NCBI GenBank assembly: GCA_035291705.1
Contig: DATDRM010000037.1
Span: forward strand, 1-40,226
DNA length: 40,226 nucleotides
Direction of reading: 5' to 3'
Source: Anaerolineales bacterium
GTDB lineage: Bacteria; Chloroflexota; Anaerolineae; Anaerolineales; UBA4823
Shown here piece by piece: positions 37,201-40,226 of this stretch. Both the position numbers and the translations under genes were made by a program. How positions within the stretch are numbered: position 1 is the stretch's first letter; each line of letters starts with the position of its first letter. Below the pieces are notes generated by a model. The model was not told the origin of the DNA. It made no database searches and worked only from the letters and a program-made list of their open reading frames with translations.

Positions 37201-38762
37201 ACCGGGTCGTCGTGGCCAGTTGCTCGCCGCTCACTCACCAACCCCTATTCCAGGACAGCCTCCGGGCAGCAGGTTTGAACCCCTACCTGGTGGAAATGGC
37301 CAATATCCGCAACCAGTGCTCTTGGGTACACTCTGATGATTGGGAAGTAGCCACAGACAAGGCAAAAGAGCTGGTGCGTATGGCGGTAGCGCGGGCGGCC
37401 TTGCTCGCGCCGCAAACGACCATGACCGTCCCGGTGCAACGGGCCGCGTTGGTGGTCGGCGGTGGCGCAGCCGGAATGACCGCTGCCCTGGCGCTGGCCG
37501 AGCAGGGGTTCCCGGTACACCTGGTGGAAAAAGAGGCCGAATTGGGCGGTAACCTGCGGCAAATATTTACTTCGCTGCCACCTTCCGGAGTGGAGCAGCC
37601 CCAAGACCCGCAAGCCACCTTGCAACGCCTGGAAAGGTTAGTCCTTTCCCACCCAACTATTTCCTTGCACTTGAAGAGTAAAGTAGTTGCCACTTCCGGC
37701 TTCATGGGGAACTTCACCACCACGATCCTCCACGCCGATGGAGAGCGGGTTGCAGTAACCCATGGAGCGACGATCCTGGCAACCGGTGGCCAGGAATACC
37801 GCGGTCCTGAGTATGCCTACGGCACGCATCCGAAGGTCATCACGCAACAGAAGTTCGAGGCATTCCTTGCCAATCAGCCATCAGGGATCAAAAACATTAA
37901 ATCTATCGCCATGATCCTGTGCGTTGGGCCTGCGGAAAAATACTGTAGCCGCATCTGTTGCTCGGTCAGTCTCAAGAACGCCTTGCGGCTGAAGGAGATA
38001 AATCCGCAGGCGGAAGTCATGCTCCTTTATAAGGACATTCGCACCTACGGCTTTAAAGAAAGACTATATGCAGAGGCCCGCAAACACAACATCCTTTTCG
38101 CCCGCTACGACGACGCCCACCCTCCGCAAGTAGCGGCAGGGCAAGATGATATCTTGCCCTACGACGGTCTGACTGTTCGTGCTTGGGATGCCTCCCTGGA
38201 CAATTGGTTCACTTTGCAGCCGGATATCCTGGTGTTAAGCATGCCTATCGTCCCACGGCCTGAAACCGCTGATGTATCCAGGCTGTTCAAAGTCCCTACG
38301 GACAGGGATGGCTTCTTCCTCGAAGCCCACGTCAAGCTCCGCCCGGTGGATTTCTCCTCGGATGGGGTCTTCATGGCCGGCATGGCGCATTACCCAAAGC
38401 TGTTGGACGAAACCCTGATCCAGGCCCAGGCAGCCGCGGCGCGAGCGGGGCGTGTACTCAGCCGGGAGGCATTGACCGCCGGTGGACGGGTAGCTGTGGT
38501 GGATCCAAAATTGTGCACCGGCTGCCTGACTTGCGTGCGCATTTGCCCTTATGGCGTGCCAAAGATCCAGGCAGACCTGACTGGGGTAGGCGGCATCGTG
38601 GGTGCAGCCTTTATCGAAGCCGCCGTGTGCCTTGGCTGCGGCTCGTGTGTAGCCGAATGCCCGGCGCGCGCCATCCAGCTGATGCATTACACCGACGCGC
38701 AAATGAAGGCCAAGGTGGCGGCGTTATTCGTATCGTTGCCGGTTAATACGACCGAGGGTTGA
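34227..38762 (+). CDS. Second giant HdrA-like / GltD(NfnB)-like / HdrA-like fusion oxidoreductase (paralog of 27467..32095)
   Basis: Collinear with the upstream giant protein, with the same motifs in the same order ([35 protein letters not shown]...[81 protein letters not shown]; C-terminal ferredoxin motifs). The tracked start 34170 overlaps the kinase. ATG 34227 or 34248 is more likely. Confidence 0.85.
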   Translation: [1511 protein letters not shown]

Positions 38763-38791
38763 AGGAATTAGCAGATCATGAACAGGTCCAT

Positions 38792-39205
38792 ATGAATGCG
38801 CCAAAGTTGCAGATCATCAGCTATTGCTGTGAACACTGCGCCTACGCAGCTGCGGACCTGGCTGGGGGGCTCCGCCTGCAGTACCCGCCAGTCATCAAGA
38901 TCGTCCTGCTGCCCTGCACTGGCAAGCTAGATTCATTGATGGTGCTCCAGGCCCTGGAAGACGGCGCGGACGGTGTGATGGTGGCAGGCTGACTGCCTGG
39001 CGACTGTCATTACCAGTTAGGTAATGCCAACGCCAGACGCCGGATAAAGCGACTTAAAACATTGCTGGCCGAAATTGGCCTTGAGCCAGGGCGGGTGCGC
39101 ATGTTCAACCTGTCGTCGGCCATGGCGGGCGAGTTTGTTGCGGCGGCAAAAGACATGACGGAAACTATCGAAGATCTGGGGTCAAACCCCTTAAGGAAAG
39201 TATGA
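38792..39205 (+). CDS. mvhD: MvhD-like selenoprotein, in-frame UGA (38990-38992) read as selenocysteine
   Basis: Track ORF 38759..38992 stops at TGA. Continuing in frame gives ...GADGVMVAG-U-LPGDCHYQLGNANARRRIKRLKTLLAEIGLEPGRVRMFNLSSAMAGEF...GSNPLRKV, collinear with both other MvhD copies. The 3' half is missed by the track, which reports only an antisense shadow ORF 39010..39258. Confidence 0.8.
38997..39036 (+). promoter_or_regulatory. SECIS-like stem-loop 4 nt downstream of the UGA
   Basis: CTGGCG-ACTGT-CATTACC-AGTTA-GGTAATG-CCAA-CGCCAG, with a 6-bp outer stem, a 7-bp inner stem and a 5-nt apical loop. Confidence 0.6.
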
Positions 39206-39231
39206 AGGCTGAAGGCTGAAGGATGAAGGAT
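39204..39231 (+). repeat. Four tandem heptamers GAAGGCT GAAGGCT GAAGGAT GAAGGAT (left arm)
   Basis: Exact 7-nt register overlapping the mvhD stop codon. Reverse complement of the array at 39608-39635. Confidence 0.75.
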
Positions 39232-39246
39232 GATAGCTGAAATTAA

Positions 39247-39603
39247 ATGAATGAGCAAGATTTGAAAGTGAGGACCAAGAGCTTCGCGTTGATGGTGATC
39301 AAGCTTTACAGTATGTTACCCAAAACAACAGTGGCACAAGTTCTTGGCAAGCAAGTCTTGCGATCCGGCACATCGGTTGGAGCTCAATATCGAGAAGCAC
39401 AACGGGCGAAGTCTGATGCCGATTTCATAAACAAGATCGAAGGGAGCTTACAAGAACTAGAAGAAACAGCTTACTGGTTAGAACTTATTGAAGAAGCCGG
39501 TATCATATCAGAAGACAAGTTGGCGTTACTACTAAAGGAAACTAATGAACTTACGGCTATATTCGTCTCAATCGTTAGAAAAGTTAAGACTAAAAGAAGG
39601 TAA
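39247..39603 (+). CDS. Four-helix-bundle protein (23S rRNA intervening-sequence protein / Avd-like family)
   Basis: 118 aa with the family-typical pattern K.F.L.V..L...LPK......LG.Q..RSGTSVGA.Y.EA.RA.S..DF..K......EL.ET.YWLEL. Visibly more AT-rich than all flanking genes. Confidence 0.85.
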   Translation: MNEQDLKVRTKSFALMVIKLYSMLPKTTVAQVLGKQVLRSGTSVGAQYREAQRAKSDADFINKIEGSLQELEETAYWLELIEEAGIISEDKLALLLKETNELTAIFVSIVRKVKTKRR

Positions 39604-39607
39604 CCGC

Positions 39608-39635
39608 ATCCTTTATCCTTCATCCCTCATCCTTC
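39608..39635 (+). repeat. Four tandem heptamers ATCCTTT ATCCTTC ATCCCTC ATCCTTC (right arm, inverse of 39204-39231)
   Basis: ATCCTTC is the reverse complement of GAAGGAT. About 24 of 28 positions can pair with the left arm, counting G-U. Confidence 0.75.
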
Positions 39636-39650
39636 CTTCGGAGGTGGATC

Positions 39651-40226
39651 ATGATTGTTGCTGAACAAAAGACTTTAGAAGAGATTAAATCCCTGGTCGG
39701 GAGTGCCAAGAACGTATTGGTTATGGGCTGTGGCACGTGCGTGACGGTGTGCTTTGCCGGCGGTTCGCGCGAGGCCGCCATCCTATCCTCATCCCTGCGC
39801 ATGACGTCCAAGCTCGACGGCGCCCCGAAAAATGTCACTGACGTGACCGTCCAACGCCAGTGTGAATGGGAATACCTGGATGCGGTCGCCGAGCAGGTAA
39901 AAGAAGCGGACGTCGTGCTTTCGTTAGGCTGTGGGATCGGGGTGCAGGCGATCGCCGAACACTTTCCCAACACCTGGGTGGTGCCAGGATTGAATACCAA
40001 GTTCCTGGGGCTGCCCCTTGAGCAAGGGATATGGGCAGAGCGCTGCGCAGCGTGCGGTGACTGCATCCTCGGCCTGACCGGAGGTATCTGCCCGATCGCC
40101 CGCTGCTCCAAATCGCTGCTCAACGGCCCGTGCGGCGGCTCAGAGGACGGCCATTGCGAGATCAGTCCGGAAACCCCCTGCGCCTGGCAGTTGATTTATG
40201 ACCGGTTGAGCAGTCTGGGCAAGCTG
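39651..40226 (+). CDS. metV: MetV-like protein (methylenetetrahydrofolate reductase C-terminal-domain / zinc-ribbon FeS subunit), 3'-truncated by window edge
   Basis: Not in the ORF track because there is no stop before the window end. My translation reads MIVAEQKTLEEIKSLVGSAKNVLVMGCGTCVTVCFAGG...CAACGDCILGLTGGICPIARCSKSLLNGPCGGSEDGHCE...CAWQLIYDRL. GGAGGTG RBS lies 4 nt upstream. The antisense ORF 39620..40123 is its shadow. Confidence 0.8.
   Translation, partial: MIVAEQKTLEEIKSLVGSAKNVLVMGCGTCVTVCFAGGSREAAILSSSLRMTSKLDGAPKNVTDVTVQRQCEWEYLDAVAEQVKEADVVLSLGCGIGVQAIAEHFPNTWVVPGLNTKFLGLPLEQGIWAERCAACGDCILGLTGGICPIARCSKSLLNGPCGGSEDGHCEISPETPCAWQLIYDRLSSLGKL

Noticed and set aside
39010-39258. 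82-aa minus-strand ORF from the track
   Set aside because: It is antisense to the conserved 3' half of the third mvhD and to the heptamer array, with no RBS or recognisable motifs. It is a shadow ORF.
39247-39603. Four-helix-bundle gene as the Avd component of a diversity-generating retroelement
   Set aside because: No reverse transcriptase and no template/variable repeat pair are visible anywhere in the window.
39204-39635. Heptamer arrays as a CRISPR array or as IS terminal inverted repeats
   Set aside because: The units are 7 nt and directly tandem with no spacers, which rules out CRISPR. No transposase or integrase is present and the enclosed ORF is a four-helix-bundle protein.
39620-40123. 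167-aa minus-strand ORF from the track
   Set aside because: It is antisense to the metV-like frame, which has a strong RBS and family-specific Cys motifs. Its Ser/Pro/Arg-rich composition is typical of GC-rich shadow frames.

Overview
GC-rich bacterial window, gene content and style suggest an anaerobic Chloroflexota-like organism (guess only). Four blocks. (1) 1-8.1 kb, housekeeping: PBP2 (5'-truncated), minCDE, rodA, gltX, glnS and tRNA-Gln(CUG). (2) 8.2-10.6 kb, minus-strand metal module: Tat-exported two-domain multicopper oxidase plus a ZIP-family transporter. (3) 10.9-23.5 kb, one long plus-strand operon for the carbonyl branch of the Wood-Ljungdahl pathway: HMA-like protein, cooS/acsA, acsB, acsD, acsC, RACo/acsV, acsE, then malic enzyme and a Cys-less TrxR/AhpF-like flavoprotein. 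(4) 23.7-40.2 kb, the most unusual part: three consecutive HdrA-like + MvhD-like modules ending at a metV-like gene that runs off the window. Module 1 is a 1050-aa double-HdrA protein with a Cys-type MvhD. Modules 2 and 3 are paralogous ~1530-1540-aa double-HdrA proteins carrying an inserted GltD/NfnB-like NAD(P)H module. Each is followed by an MvhD gene interrupted by an in-frame UGA. That UGA aligns with a cluster-ligand Cys of the module 1 MvhD and is followed by a SECIS-like hairpin, so both are predicted selenoproteins that the ORF track splits. A stand-alone receiver and a soluble CAP_ED-domain histidine kinase sit between modules 2 and 3. No HdrB/HdrC and no CooC/AcsF are seen in the window. 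The operon spacers carry arrays of tandem heptanucleotide repeats, often as inverted arrays forming long hairpins. One such inverted array brackets an AT-rich four-helix-bundle (23S rRNA IVS / Avd-like) gene. All calls rest on motif recognition by eye. No database search was possible.
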